DNA of 64,000 bases from Rebecca billardiae RCC1528. Its lineage: Eukaryota > Protista > Haptophyta. The stretch spans positions 62,001 to 126,000 of the forward strand of contig OZ251239.1 of assembly GCA_965240325.2 (NCBI GenBank), given 5' to 3'. The position numbers were made by a program, and so were the translations under genes. Below, piece after piece: positions 26,239 through 37,553 of the stretch. Below the pieces are notes generated by a model. The model saw nothing but the letters and a program-made list of their open reading frames with translations. It did not search any database and was not told where the DNA came from. Every line of letters begins with the position of its first letter. Position 1 is the first letter of the stretch.

Positions 26239-26323
26239 CGCCAGCCAGATCAGTCGCGCGCGCGCGGCGGCACTGCGCGCGCGCGGGGCGCGCGTGCCTT
26301 TCCTAGAAACTTCCGCAGAGCCG

Positions 26324-26459
26324 CGAGAAGGTTACACTTTACATAGTGACAGGGCTGGACCAGGCTTACTAGTTACACATAGGAGACCACGACGTTACAT
26401 GTAGGAGGCATAGGCTACATTTCTACTATACGGCTTTTCTGGGGGGTGTAACCTTCTCG
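26324..26459. mobile_element. 136-bp miniature inverted-repeat element
   Basis: Perfect 14-bp TIR CGAGAAGGTTACAC / GTGTAACCTTCTCG with internal GTTACA…TAG repeats. A related end (CGAGAAGGTTACA) lies at 17814-17826. Confidence 0.6.
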
Positions 26460-26650
26460 TGACAGGACCACCACCGCGGTCTGCGCTGTGCGCCGCGTAC
26501 TCACCGACAGTCGCAGGACTTTTGGGGCGGCCTGTAGCGAGCGCCTGCCGTGCCGGGGGCAGTGGCGCGATGTGACGGCGCCCGAGTCATCATCATGATG
26601 AATCACGCGGTCTTAATTATTATAGCTAGGTAGCAGTCATCATCGTCATC

Positions 26651-26683
<33 letters not shown>

Positions 26684-28606
26684 GCTCGTCTCTCTGACGA
26701 TTGCCACGGTCCCGCGCGACCGACGCGGCGGCTCACACTCACAGGCTCACCTTGAAGCAGCCTGTCCCGTGTCCGGGCGCTGCTGTCCGATCATGCAGTA
26801 GTAGCTATGACGATGTGATGCCACTACTGCGCTCGGCGCCCTGCCTCAGGCTCAACCTGTGACGAATAATATACGCGCGCGAGTCCGAGTAGTTGGCATC
26901 ATTCTAGGCGCGCCGGCATTATTATTATAGGCCGCGACGATACTATCAGACCGTGGTCCGGCACGCGCGTTCGTTTCGACTGGACGGCAGCGCGCATCAA
27001 TCATCAGACGCCGTCATGCATCGTCATACCGGACGTGCTGCTGCCGTGTCCGGGCGTGTCAACCACGTCAAGTCGTCCACGCGAGGCGTGACGAGCTAAT
27101 CGACCGATGATGATATATATATAGTCTCTGCTGCTCGATCTGCTGCTACAGCTTGCTGACTCTGACGCCTGCCCGTTGCATACCACGTCGTTAATATATA
27201 TATATATATACTCAGATTGGCAGCCCGACTACTCCGAGTCGCCCATCAGGCTTGAATCAGCCGGCAGCGCATGCACAAATTGAATTGATGCATCTAAGCG
27301 CGGGGCTCCGCCGCCGCAGGACTACCCGTTAGTGCGTGGCGCGGGGCGGGGTGGTACTGTCTCTCTCTATATATGCTTCTGAGTAGTAGTCGTAGTTTAA
27401 GTTGATGACCGAGACCGTGCTGAGCCCGAGTCTGTCGCGCATGCCCTAGCTAGTTGAATTTGGTCGGTCGTCTTCGACTTCAGGCTCACCGCGTTTGATG
27501 GCAGGGGCTCGTCGGTCAGGAACCGGCGACCCGGGGAACTGCGCCCCTCCTCGCTCTGCGTCTGATGTGCCCCCACCCGTTCGAATGTGACAAGCAGCAC
27601 TCACAACAATTGCGCTGTCCGCCCCGCATGCGGCACCAGCACGCCAGCACGGCCTGTCGACCCAGGCGGTGTCTGGACTGTTGTCAACCGCCTAGACGGC
27701 GCCAGAGACGGCCGCTGCGTCGTGCGGCGGTGGTTGTATCCGGGGGCAGCTATTCGGGCATCTGTCGAGGGCTCAGCAGATAATGCCAGCAAGTCCGTCG
27801 AACTCGAAGGGACAGCTCCCAGTTACCCTGTCGGCCGACGCGCCACGCGGCGACGAGTCAACGACGCAAGAGTCAAGACGCCCGAGCAGTCTTTCGAGGC
27901 CCCCGGAACAACTGCGCATGACGTCAAGCTCAACCTTATGCGTTGTGCGTGGCTTCAAGGCCCGGCAGCGCCGGCAACTTGCACGCCAAGGCCGTACGTC
28001 ACTGCTGCGCCCAGCTGCGGCAGTGCGGCTACAATAGGGCCCAGGGAGGCACCGCGGTCTGCTTGACGGTTGAGAATTGAGAATACTTGCACCCGAAGGG
28101 CCTTGGCAAAATACCACCTTGCACGCCAAGGATGGTCGATCCAATCAAGCAGCCGCGCGACCAATAATTATCCAGGAGCCCGCATTCCGAAAGGACGAAA
28201 ACGCGGCCTTCGTCAAACGTTGAAAGACATGATACGGATCCAGAATTCGGGCCAGGCGCGGGCCAATCACGGTCGCGCTTCCGTTCGGAATCCATAATTT
28301 GTTATGAGCCTGCACCGTGCAGACTCGGTTCAGGCAACACTGATCAGATGATTCTCAATCTCATGCCTGTGATGACCAATGGCGCTTCATTTGGAAAAGG
28401 GCGGGTAGTTGATGACTGCGCCTTTTCGATGAGCCAATCATTGACGAGACACCTAATCGCTCCCTTGTTCCCGGGCTATTCAAAACTACTACGACACATT
28501 ATTGATGAATGATATTTACTGATGCATAACCGTACCAACTCTACCCTTCTCGTAGAGATTGAAGAGCGCGCAGCCGCGCACGCAGCGGGTATCGTCGGTT
28601 TCTCGG

Positions 28607-31600
28607 ATGTTCGCCGTCGCCTTTCTCGTCCTCGCTGCCGCCGCGGACGCGGCGGCGGTGGTGTCGAGAGATGGATGGGCCGGCCGCTCGCCCTCGGTGG
28701 TGCACGAGGGGCTACCTTTGGACGTCGCACCAATCGACAGCACCATCAGCAGCGCAACCGGCCTCGCCCAGGCTGAGGCTGGCGCGAGCGACGAGATGGC
28801 TGACGAGCGCAGCAGCCCGGAAGACGCGCGCGCAGGCCACGACAGGACAGCCGCAAATGGTGACACGGCGCTGCTCGATGCAGTGGAGGTGCCCACAGAG
28901 CAGCGCACGGATGGCCCCATGGCGACCACGAGCGCATCCCCCCTTCGCCTCCGCATCCGCGCGCGTCCCGGAGATGAGCGCTCACGCTCGTTCTCGGTCG
29001 TGGGCGGCTCTGCATCGACTCCTGGTACTTCCTCAAGCAGCTTCACTACTACTTGCATGGTCATGCTCGACTCGATCGAGGCGTGCAGCACCAACGCGTC
29101 CGAGTGCGCGCTTCCAAATGCGTGCGCTGTCATCACCCCTGACGACGCGATGCGGCCCTCTGTGGCCAGGCTGAGCCCTGCGCTCACGCTCGGCGCGCGC
29201 ACGCATGCGGCGGTCATTGCCATGACACAGTCACCTGCCAAGAAGGATGGCGCCTCTTTCGGGGTCGAAGCTGTCGCCTTTTCGTGCTCGCTCTCCACGT
29301 TGGCGTGCATGGCAAGCTGGGACATCGACACCTTTGCCAGTTTTGGCCTTCCGACATTCTCCATTCGGCTGGACGTCACCCTCAACGCGTGCGCCGGCGC
29401 TCCAAGCGTCACCATCTCGTTTCTAGTGGGCAGCAGCGTCGTGTACGAGTACGAGCACGACATTTTGGATCGCAGTCGCTCAAGGTCGTTCACAGTGCAA
29501 TCGCCGCTGGCGGTACGCATTCCAGCAGTTGCTACCTTGGGCGTGTTCATGACGAGCCGCATCTACGTGACTGACGAGCAGACGATCGTGGCAGAGCTCG
29601 GCGTTGATGCATGTGGATCTGCTTTTGCGGGTGTCTTGGAGTACTGCTTCTTCGAGAACTACGTTTCAGGCCCACCACTCGTGTTGGCAAGTGGCCAGCT
29701 GTTCGACTTCTCCGGCCTTTGCAGCAGGCCAAGTCCCTCGCCTCCACCGCCACCTGAGTGCTACTCTGATCTTGCAGGCGAGCTGGGCGCAGCGAGCGCT
29801 GCTGCAACGCGCTATGCATGCAGGCTCACTGCAGAGTGGTGGGGAGACAGCGCTGTGACTCGCCGTCACACTGCTGCGTTGGTGGGCCCTCACCACGTCC
29901 TCACCAGCCGGAGCGCCACGTTCGACGGCTGCCTGGGTCGGGCCAATCGTGTCACAGTCCAGTGCGGCTACACGTACGCTGTGCCGCTGATTGGGCAGGG
30001 GACTGACTTGGCCTTTCACGCACGCCGCGGATCCGCTGTCGTCGGGACTTGCTACCGATACTCAGCTTACGATGACGGGACAGGCTGCAGCGGCGGCGTG
30101 CCATCGAGACCGACTTCGTCTGAGTACAACGTTCAGCTGTGCACGCTGGATCGGCGTGTCGGCGACCAGAATGGATGGTTTGGTTGGACAAGCACCAGCG
30201 CAGCGAGAGCCAACATTGTCTCCTATCCGAGGCACAGCCCGCAGCTCGACGCAGCAGGGTTCGCCAACCACGAGGACAAGCCATTCCATCGCTTCCAAGA
30301 TGTCGAGGTGCTCTCGACGGCAGTGATCAAGGCAGAGCCGATCAGCCCCTTCCTTGGCGAGGAGGGGGCACCGTTCTACGAGTACGTCAGCGCTACCGAT
30401 GACAGGCGCGTCTTTGGCGCCACCTCCCGTCTCGTGGGCTCCACCTGTCGTGCATACGCGGCCCCAGTGCGCTCGGCGCAGATGGGGCGCATCGAAGATG
30501 GCATCTCGTTCGAAGACCCCGGAAGCTACTGCCACATCCTACTGTATGCCACCGACGTGTGGGATTTGTACGATGCTGGCAGGGTGCTGCATGGTGTGAA
30601 GCACCCCTCAGAGACGACGTACACCAGCACCATCACCATCGAATACCCATCTGGCAGCTCGCCGTCGTTTCAAGCGGCCATCACCCTGCTCAACACCGGA
30701 AACACTCGGGCGAGCGTCACCATCGACTGGTACGCAAGCGTGAACGACTACATTTCGGTATGGGACTTCTACCTGGGCACAACGACGCACACGCTCCCGG
30801 GCAACTATGTGACAACCTTCCCATATGCTCCTCCTGTCGCAGCCGATGCTATGCCCACAGGCCTCAAGTACATTGGCGCCATGTGGTCGGCCACCCTCGA
30901 TGACGATGGCCATTGGTGGCTGCCGAGGCCGCCGTGTTTTGTGGACGACGGTGATCGAACTGCGCTGGGCACAGTCACCTTTGTCCGACTCACCAGCCCA
31001 CCGCCACCGCCGCGAACCCCGCCACTGAGCCCGCCAGCGAGCCCACCTTGCCCACCGCCAAGCCTACCACCAAAACCGCCGCAGCCATCACCTCCGCCGA
31101 GCGTGCCGCCCAGCGTGCCGCCGAGCCTGCCTCCGAGCCCACCACCGCCAAGCCCGCTGCCAAGCCCACCGCCCCCAAGCCAGCCGCCAAGCCCTCAGCC
31201 CTTGCCGCCGCCTAGCCCGCCTCCGAGCCCCCCGCAGCAGTCCCCACCTCTGTCGCCACCACCAAGCCCTCCGCCGAGCCCACTGCCCAGCCCGCCACCC
31301 AGTCCTCAGCCCAGCCCACCGCCGTCGCCACCACCTTCGCCGCCTCCATCACCGCCGCCTGGCCCGCCGCAGTCGCCACCACCGAGCCAGCCACCTCCGA
31401 GCCCGACACCGAGCCCGCCGCCAAGCCCGCCGCCCTCGCTGCCGCCCGCGCCGCCGCCCTCGCCACCGCCCTCACAGCCGCCTAGCCCACCGCCATCGCC
31501 ACCACCCTCACAGCCGCCGAGCCCACCGCCCAGCCCGCAGCCACCACCGCCCAGCCCACTGCCACCACCGCCCAGGCCGCCACCTCCGAGCCCGCCACCG

Positions 31601-32692
31601 TCGCCACCGCCATCGCCCCCGACCAGCCCGCCGCCGAATCCGCCGCTACCAAGCCAGCCGCCATCGCCGCCGCCCAGCCCACCGCCCAGCCCGCCGCCTC
31701 CGCCGCCGCCGCCGCTGCAGCCACCGTCGAGCCCGCCGCCAGAGCAGCCACCGAGTTCACCACCGAACCTGCCGCCACCGCCACCACCATCTTCGCCACC
31801 ACCGATACCGCCGCGAAGCCCACCGCCGTCTCCGCCGCCATCACCGCTGCCGCCGCCGCCGCCGTCACCATCGCCGCCTCCTGTCGAGACGGTCGTGTTC
31901 GAGGTGGTTCTTGAGTCGACGCTTGACGCCTTCACCGACGAGAGCCAGCTCGCATATCGCCACGGCATTGCCGACGTGGCTGGCGTCTCTGTTGACGCAG
32001 TGGTCATCGAGAGCGTGTCGTCGGCAAGCCTGGTCGTGGTGACCCGCATCGAGGGCCTCACTACAGCAGCAGAGGCGACCTCGACCTCTCCCCCGACGGT
32101 GGCATCTGTTGCCCGAGCTCTTCAGGCAGCCTCTGCTGCGACACTCGCTACCGCCACCGGATTGGGCGTGGCAGTGGCAGTGCAGCTGCACGTTCCACCA
32201 TCGGCCCCGCCCGCGCCGCCCCCTGGCCCTCCTGACGATCGTGCCGACGGCGACAGCGGTGGCGGGAGGGGCGGCTGGAACGGGGGTGGTGGGGGTGGTG
32301 GCGGCAGCGCTCCTCACGCGACGACCACTGCGGTGTCCGCTGAGCAGATGCCTGCTGCAATGATCGGGGCCATCGTCGGTGGCGGCATTGGCGCTGCGAT
32401 TGTGTGCGCAATCGCTGCGTACTGCTGCGGGCGCCACGCTCGCAGTGCGTCTGTTTCGATCGCCCCGGCACTCGTGAGCCACAACAACAAGAACCAGAGC
32501 CCCCCTGCCGGTGGGGGTGCGCTGCGCGTCGTCCCTGGACAGCAGGAGTCTACTCCAACACTTGCAAGGAGCATCGCTGGCGAAGGAGAGGCTGCCACTC
32601 GGGTGGAGAACTTCGTATCGAACGACGACGATGACGATGAGGCGGACTACGACGCTGATCTGCTCCCTCGCCACTCACGCCCGATGCCCTGA
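28607..32692 (+). CDS. Intronless type I membrane/surface protein: signal peptide, inactive trypsin/V8-like protease domain, CARDB/Ig-like domain, Ser-Pro extensin-like stalk, SEA-like segment, TM helix
   Basis: MFAVAFLVLAAAADA leader; HTAALVGPHHVLTSRSA…YNVQLCTLDRRVGDQNGWFGW…GEEGAPFY; LLNTGNTRASVTIDWYAS…PTGLKYIG; ~300 aa of SPPP; MIGAIVGGGIGAAIVCAIAAYCC. Confidence 0.85.
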   Translation: MFAVAFLVLAAAADAAAVVSRDGWAGRSPSVVHEGLPLDVAPIDSTISSATGLAQAEAGASDEMADERSSPEDARAGHDRTAANGDTALLDAVEVPTEQRTDGPMATTSASPLRLRIRARPGDERSRSFSVVGGSASTPGTSSSSFTTTCMVMLDSIEACSTNASECALPNACAVITPDDAMRPSVARLSPALTLGARTHAAVIAMTQSPAKKDGASFGVEAVAFSCSLSTLACMASWDIDTFASFGLPTFSIRLDVTLNACAGAPSVTISFLVGSSVVYEYEHDILDRSRSRSFTVQSPLAVRIPAVATLGVFMTSRIYVTDEQTIVAELGVDACGSAFAGVLEYCFFENYVSGPPLVLASGQLFDFSGLCSRPSPSPPPPPECYSDLAGELGAASAAATRYACRLTAEWWGDSAVTRRHTAALVGPHHVLTSRSATFDGCLGRANRVTVQCGYTYAVPLIGQGTDLAFHARRGSAVVGTCYRYSAYDDGTGCSGGVPSRPTSSEYNVQLCTLDRRVGDQNGWFGWTSTSAARANIVSYPRHSPQLDAAGFANHEDKPFHRFQDVEVLSTAVIKAEPISPFLGEEGAPFYEYVSATDDRRVFGATSRLVGSTCRAYAAPVRSAQMGRIEDGISFEDPGSYCHILLYATDVWDLYDAGRVLHGVKHPSETTYTSTITIEYPSGSSPSFQAAITLLNTGNTRASVTIDWYASVNDYISVWDFYLGTTTHTLPGNYVTTFPYAPPVAADAMPTGLKYIGAMWSATLDDDGHWWLPRPPCFVDDGDRTALGTVTFVRLTSPPPPPRTPPLSPPASPPCPPPSLPPKPPQPSPPPSVPPSVPPSLPPSPPPPSPLPSPPPPSQPPSPQPLPPPSPPPSPPQQSPPLSPPPSPPPSPLPSPPPSPQPSPPPSPPPSPPPSPPPGPPQSPPPSQPPPSPTPSPPPSPPPSLPPAPPPSPPPSQPPSPPPSPPPSQPPSPPPSPQPPPPSPLPPPPRPPPPSPPPSPPPSPPTSPPPNPPLPSQPPSPPPSPPPSPPPPPPPPLQPPSSPPPEQPPSSPPNLPPPPPPSSPPPIPPRSPPPSPPPSPLPPPPPSPSPPPVETVVFEVVLESTLDAFTDESQLAYRHGIADVAGVSVDAVVIESVSSASLVVVTRIEGLTTAAEATSTSPPTVASVARALQAASAATLATATGLGVAVAVQLHVPPSAPPAPPPGPPDDRADGDSGGGRGGWNGGGGGGGGSAPHATTTAVSAEQMPAAMIGAIVGGGIGAAIVCAIAAYCCGRHARSASVSIAPALVSHNNKNQSPPAGGGALRVVPGQQESTPTLARSIAGEGEAATRVENFVSNDDDDDEADYDADLLPRHSRPMP

Positions 32693-32829
32693 GCTCAGAG
32701 CGGTCTGCGACTTACTACTTAGCTCAATAAACAGCGCCACAGCGGCTAGCAGGCGCGCGCTGTGATAGTGGCTGTCGTGCTCAGCTGCTGCTTATTAATA
32801 TTATGATCGCGCGCCCTATCTATTAGTAA

Positions 32830-35494
32830 CCCCTTACCGCAGTTCAATCTGCTTATTCGTATATTGTCATCATGACGATCATCATGGAAGCAGACTATAT
32901 TTGACGGCGTCCAGACGTATTCCCCTTCTCCCGTATTGTCATCGATGGGTATAGGGGGTCCATGACAGCAGCACACTGATTTGTGATTTTCGACAACTAT
33001 GCGATTTAGGTGTCTGACGAGCGAGGCGCTTGCGAAGGCACCCACAAATATGTCCCGGAACCCAGCCCAGCCGTCAGAAGCACGCAAAACCGACTCCGCG
33101 TGCCGTCACGCGGTCGTGCGCGCGCGCCAGCTGCGCCACTGTGTCACATACAGATTCAGCCAAACGTCAACGACTTGTTATGGCGGCTAAATGACGGTAT
33201 ATCGTCGAACATACTTATTCATAACCGTTGCAACCCGCCCAAATAAAATTACGGTGGAATTGCTGATTTTTAGAAGGCACGATGAGTGCGCGTAGAGGGC
33301 GAGGAAAAACTACTCCAAGATCGAGCATGTTACCCATTTAATTAGAGACACGTACCCGTATATATGCGCATGTCTACCCGTTTATTATATAACGCGGGTG
33401 CGTTTTAAATATATATTCAGGGTGCTGTCAATATGGGGGTACCTTGTTCACTATTCGTGCCGGGTCATCCGAATAGGCCGCGCCGCCGCGCGGAGACCGC
33501 GGGCTCATGCCACTCGAACCGTGCCGCAGCAGGCCCGGACGGACCTGATGCGGGCGGCGGGCTGCGTGCCGAAGCACACTACCAAGCCCACCTCTGAGCA
33601 TGCCACCATCCCCATAGTCGTGAGAGAGTCCTCCGCCATCGAGGCTTGCGTGCGCAGACTAGCAGTCGCCGCCGCCGAGCTTGGCGCGGTCCGTTCGGCG
33701 ACTTCCGTGCCCGTGCTCTGTGTCACCGGCGTCGTCGCCGTTCGTCGTACCCTAGCCCACGCGAGGGCGTCACCGGTCCACCAGTACTGCGGCGGACTGC
33801 GCGCGCTTCGCCGCGCGCTCGCCCTCGAGCTCCGGCGCTCTCCTCTCGCGCTCGAACTCGGCGCAGTCGGCAGCCATGGCAGCCCGCTCGGCCGCAGCTC
33901 CATCTGTGCCCCCGCGCGCGCTGCGCTCGGTTGCGTTGGCGCGCAAGCTGGCGCGCGCAGCGTCGGCGACGGCGCGCGCGATCGCCTTGCGCGACGAGTT
34001 CAGCTCCACCTGCTGCTCCGTCAGGCGCACCTGCTGCTCCAAGATGATCGCGTGCTCAGCAGGAGTCACGCGCTGCTCGTGCAGCTGCACCTGCACGCGG
34101 CCTGCTGCGGACGCGCGCGGCGCGCTGGCGTCGGGGGGCAAGTAGAGGTCGCGGAAGGGGCAGCTGTCGTCGCCGGCGCCCAGCGACGTGTCGTCGACAT
34201 CCAGCTCCGCCTTCCTCTCCGCCGCCGACGCGCCCTGCTTCCGGCTCAGGATGCGCTCCATGTCCTCGTGCTTGCCCTTCCACCACCTGTGCACGGTCAT
34301 CAGCCAGATGCCGATCACCTCGAGCCGCGGCGAGTCGTGGCGCAACGAGATGCCGAGCGCATCCACGCAGACGAGCGTGAGCGCCTTGGGCTTCTTCGTC
34401 CGACCGTCGCGCGCGGTCTGGGCGCACGCAGGGGTGAACACTCTGACCAACGGCTTGTGCTTCTTCAAGTTCTCAAGCATGAGCTCCACGAGACCACGAG
34501 CGTGCGGAGGAGGTCGAGGAGCATGAAGTCGAGCACCGATGCGTACCGCGGGCGAGTGCCGGCCACGCGCCAGCTGGTCGAAGGCTGTAGCACGTGGATG
34601 GCGCGCGCCGCCACTGCCGTCTCCTCGAGCTGCTGCGCGCTGACGTTGACGTCAGGCCGTAGCTCGGGCCTGCACGGTTGCTCACAGTCGAGGCCGTCCG
34701 CGGAGGAGGCGAGCCCCTCGGCGGTGCCGGCAGGGACCTCGGGCGGGTCGCACACACCCATGGGCACGCGTGCATCATCATCTGCCGCGCCCTGGACCTC
34801 GTCATGCCCGGCACAGCGGTCCGCAAGTTGGTCGGCGGCAGCTGGCCCTTGCGGCAGACGGGCGTCGCGGGCACGTCCGAGGGCGAGATGGCAGCGACGG
34901 GTGGGGAAGGAGACAGTGTCCAGTCGTTGTCGATGCCCATCCCACCATATTGCGCATGTTCGTCTCCGTATTGCTCTCCTGCACGTGCTCCCAGGACGCG
35001 CTCCTTGGTCGCGAGCAGCACACGTCGAGCACGCAGATTCAAATGATGAAGCACGAGCGTCGTTTGGCCAGCGACTCCCAGCGAGAGCCCGGTCCACACG
35101 AACCGTGGCTACGTGTCCGTGTCCACCGAGTCGCTCGGCGAGGCGCCTGCGCCGATGTGGGCGCGCCCAATGGCGAGCGGACGGCCGTCGACGAGGGCCA
35201 TCAGCCTTGCCGACCCCGTTCAGAGCTCCGCTCCCGCGCCGGGCCGAGCCGAGCGCGGATTTGGAATCTGCCGATCGCGAAAACACGCCGAACAAGTTCT
35301 GAAAAGGAAAAGAAAAGAAATCAAAACTCGATTTAATCAGATGGACCCCCTAATGGGTATGGTCCCAAAGATGCCCCCAAGCGTGCGCGCGCCCGCTCGC
35401 GCCGTCTACCTGCGCGCCCAGCGCCCCCACGCCGCCGCCCACCCAAATCTCAAATCTGCTTCGTAATCGTATAGAAGCAGACTGCGGTAAGGGG
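32830..35494. mobile_element. Degenerate piggyBac-like (CCC-ended) non-autonomous element
   Basis: Ends CCCCTTACCGCAG…TCTGCTT…GAAGCAGA…ATTTGA and the reverse complement at ~35445-35494. Flanks gtaa/atta resemble a decayed TTAA. Confidence 0.6.
33505..35295 (-). pseudogene. Frameshifted coiled-coil cargo ORF inside the piggyBac-like element
   Basis: Overlapping ORFs 34465-35295 and 33770-34489 join by a frameshift (…YASVLDFMLLDLLRTLVV / ELMLENLKKHKPLVRVF…). The C-terminal part is heptad-rich. Family not recognised. Confidence 0.5.
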
Positions 35495-36371
35495 ATTATA
35501 TATACAATTATTGTGTCCGAATAATAATAACCGCACCGCGCCGCCCTTGAGACCCGCGAGCAAGCCGGCGTCAGTAGTCGATACGGCCGTGCTGCGGACC
35601 GCGGCTGACGGTCCGTGTCGGATCATGTGCAGTGACGAGCAGCGACGAGCATCAGCGCGCCACTAGTATGAGCCGCGCGCCAGCCGCCCCGGGACGGTGC
35701 GCGCAGGTCAGACCGGTCACTGCCGCCGCGCGCTGGTCACATCAGTGTCATCAGACAGACATCAGTGTGACACTGCGGCCGACCGCGGTCCAGCGGCTCC
35801 GCATCCGCCGCCCGACGAGCAGGCTGCGCTGTGCCGAGTGGCGGCACTTGGCAGTGACGAGCCGCCTGCGCCAGTCACTAGTACTCACACAGCAGGCCGA
35901 GTCATAGTAGCACTAGCAGCCGTCACAGACGCCCGTCAACTTATCAAGCAGTCTCAGTCCCGGGGCCGGTGCAGCGGTGCTCGCGCGTGCTGACATTATT
36001 GATGATCACTGAAGACTGACTATATATATATATAGTTATTAGTGACTGATGAGCAGAGCGAGTGATGAGCTGGCAGAGAGTCGGAGCAGCCGCGGCCGAC
36101 GCACGCGCGGGTCCGCGCCCGCCCGGCGCCGAGCCGCGCTTGCCGAACTAACCTGCGCTACTCGTACGTATCATCAGACTGAGCCGATGAGGCGCGACCG
36201 ACGAATGGCGCAGACACGGCGGAAGCGAGATCGATATACGTATACGGCTGAGCCTGATGCTCCGATCGGCTGATGACGACGCTCAGGCGTCGCCGTCTGC
36301 GCCGTGCGCGCGTCGATCAGCCGTCCGAGTCGTCCCGCGAGGCCGTGAGTCCGAGTGACAAGAGTCAGTGC

Positions 36372-36886
36372 TCACGGCTCCTCCTCCTCCATGTGCGGCG
36401 AGTGCGGCGAGCCGCCGCCGTCCGGCCTGGGCGCCCTGAACCCCGAGAGCTGCTGCCCGCTGAGCTGCAGCTCCTCTTGCTGCAGCTGCCAGGCCAGCTG
36501 CAGCGACTCGTCTGCAGCCGGGGCGCAGTGTGGAGTGACAGGGGGGGCAAGAGGGGGCAGGGGAGAGAGCGGCGCAGCGCGGAGGTCAGTCAGCGCGCGC
36601 TTCCGCCCCGCGCCCTGGCCGCGCGCGGCGCTGGCCCCCGCGGCAGCAGCAGGCGCGGCGCTCCCCGCATTTACCCAGCTTACCCATCTCCTCGACGTCC
36701 ATGTCTCCGCCACTGTCCGCCGGGGTGGCCGTGCCAGCGCCGCCGCCCGTGGCCGGCGTGAAGCCGCCGCTGCCGCGGCGGGCCGGGTTGTCCGGCGAGG
36801 TGAGCCGCGTGGTGTACTCGCGCAGGAACGCCGCCTGCTCCTCCTGGTACAGCTGCAGCGCGAGCCGCCTCGACGCCTCGTCGGCA

Positions 36887-36920
<34 letters not shown>

Positions 36921-37424
36921 TGACGCCGCCGCCGCCGCTGTCCTCGACGGGCATGTCGATGGGGTCGGAGCCGCGCGAGCGCGTGCGGCTCCCGCTGCCT
37001 GTGCTCCGGCGCCGCTCGGCCGAGCCGCGGGCGCCGGCCGAGCGGCGGCCGCTGCTGCCGGGCTGACCGTCGGTGAGCGGCTCAGACGACGTGGGCGTGG
37101 CGCTGTCCGAGTCGAGCAAGGGGGTGCCGGAGACGCGGAGGCCGGCGATGGCGGACGGGCTGAGCGCGCGCACTTTGGCGATCAGCTCCGACTGCGGCAC
37201 GCTCCAGTCTTCTGCGAACGACCGCCGCGGCAGAGGGGCCGCAGCGCGGCGCGCGGCGGCGCTCAGCGGGTGCGCGGAGCGCGCAGATGGAGACGCGCGG
37301 CGGCGCGGCGCGCACCGGTCGAACGGCCTGCGCGGTGCTCGGGCGGGCGGTCACCCGTCTTGCGCGGGAAGCGTTGCAGGATCGGGTCCCACGCCCCGAA
37401 GGGCGCTGCCGGCGGGCAGTCCAT
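36372..37424 (-). CDS. Small protein with two MIU/UIM-like ubiquitin-binding helices; exons 37424-37316, 37211-36684, 36511-36372
   Basis: Two GT-AG phase-1 introns restore a continuous frame; motifs ADEASRRLALQLYQEE and MDESLQLAWQLQQEE. Confidence 0.7.
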
Positions 37425-37553
37425 GCTCGACGCGCCCTGCGCACCGCGCACGATGGCGGTCGCGGCGGTCGGCGCGAGTTCGATCTTCGCAGCAGAGCGG
37501 GTAATTTCCGATTCCGAATTCCCGGCAAACGGGCGCGGGTTGGATCGGCGGCG

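Noticed and set aside
21513-26404. Very long ORFs (up to 1512 aa) across the satellite
   Set aside because: By-product of a stop-free repeat; all three frames are open and interchange at indels.
27400-28300. Discoidin-like remnant (AVDNSPDTAW, minus strand)
   Set aside because: Single short motif among stop codons; insufficient support.
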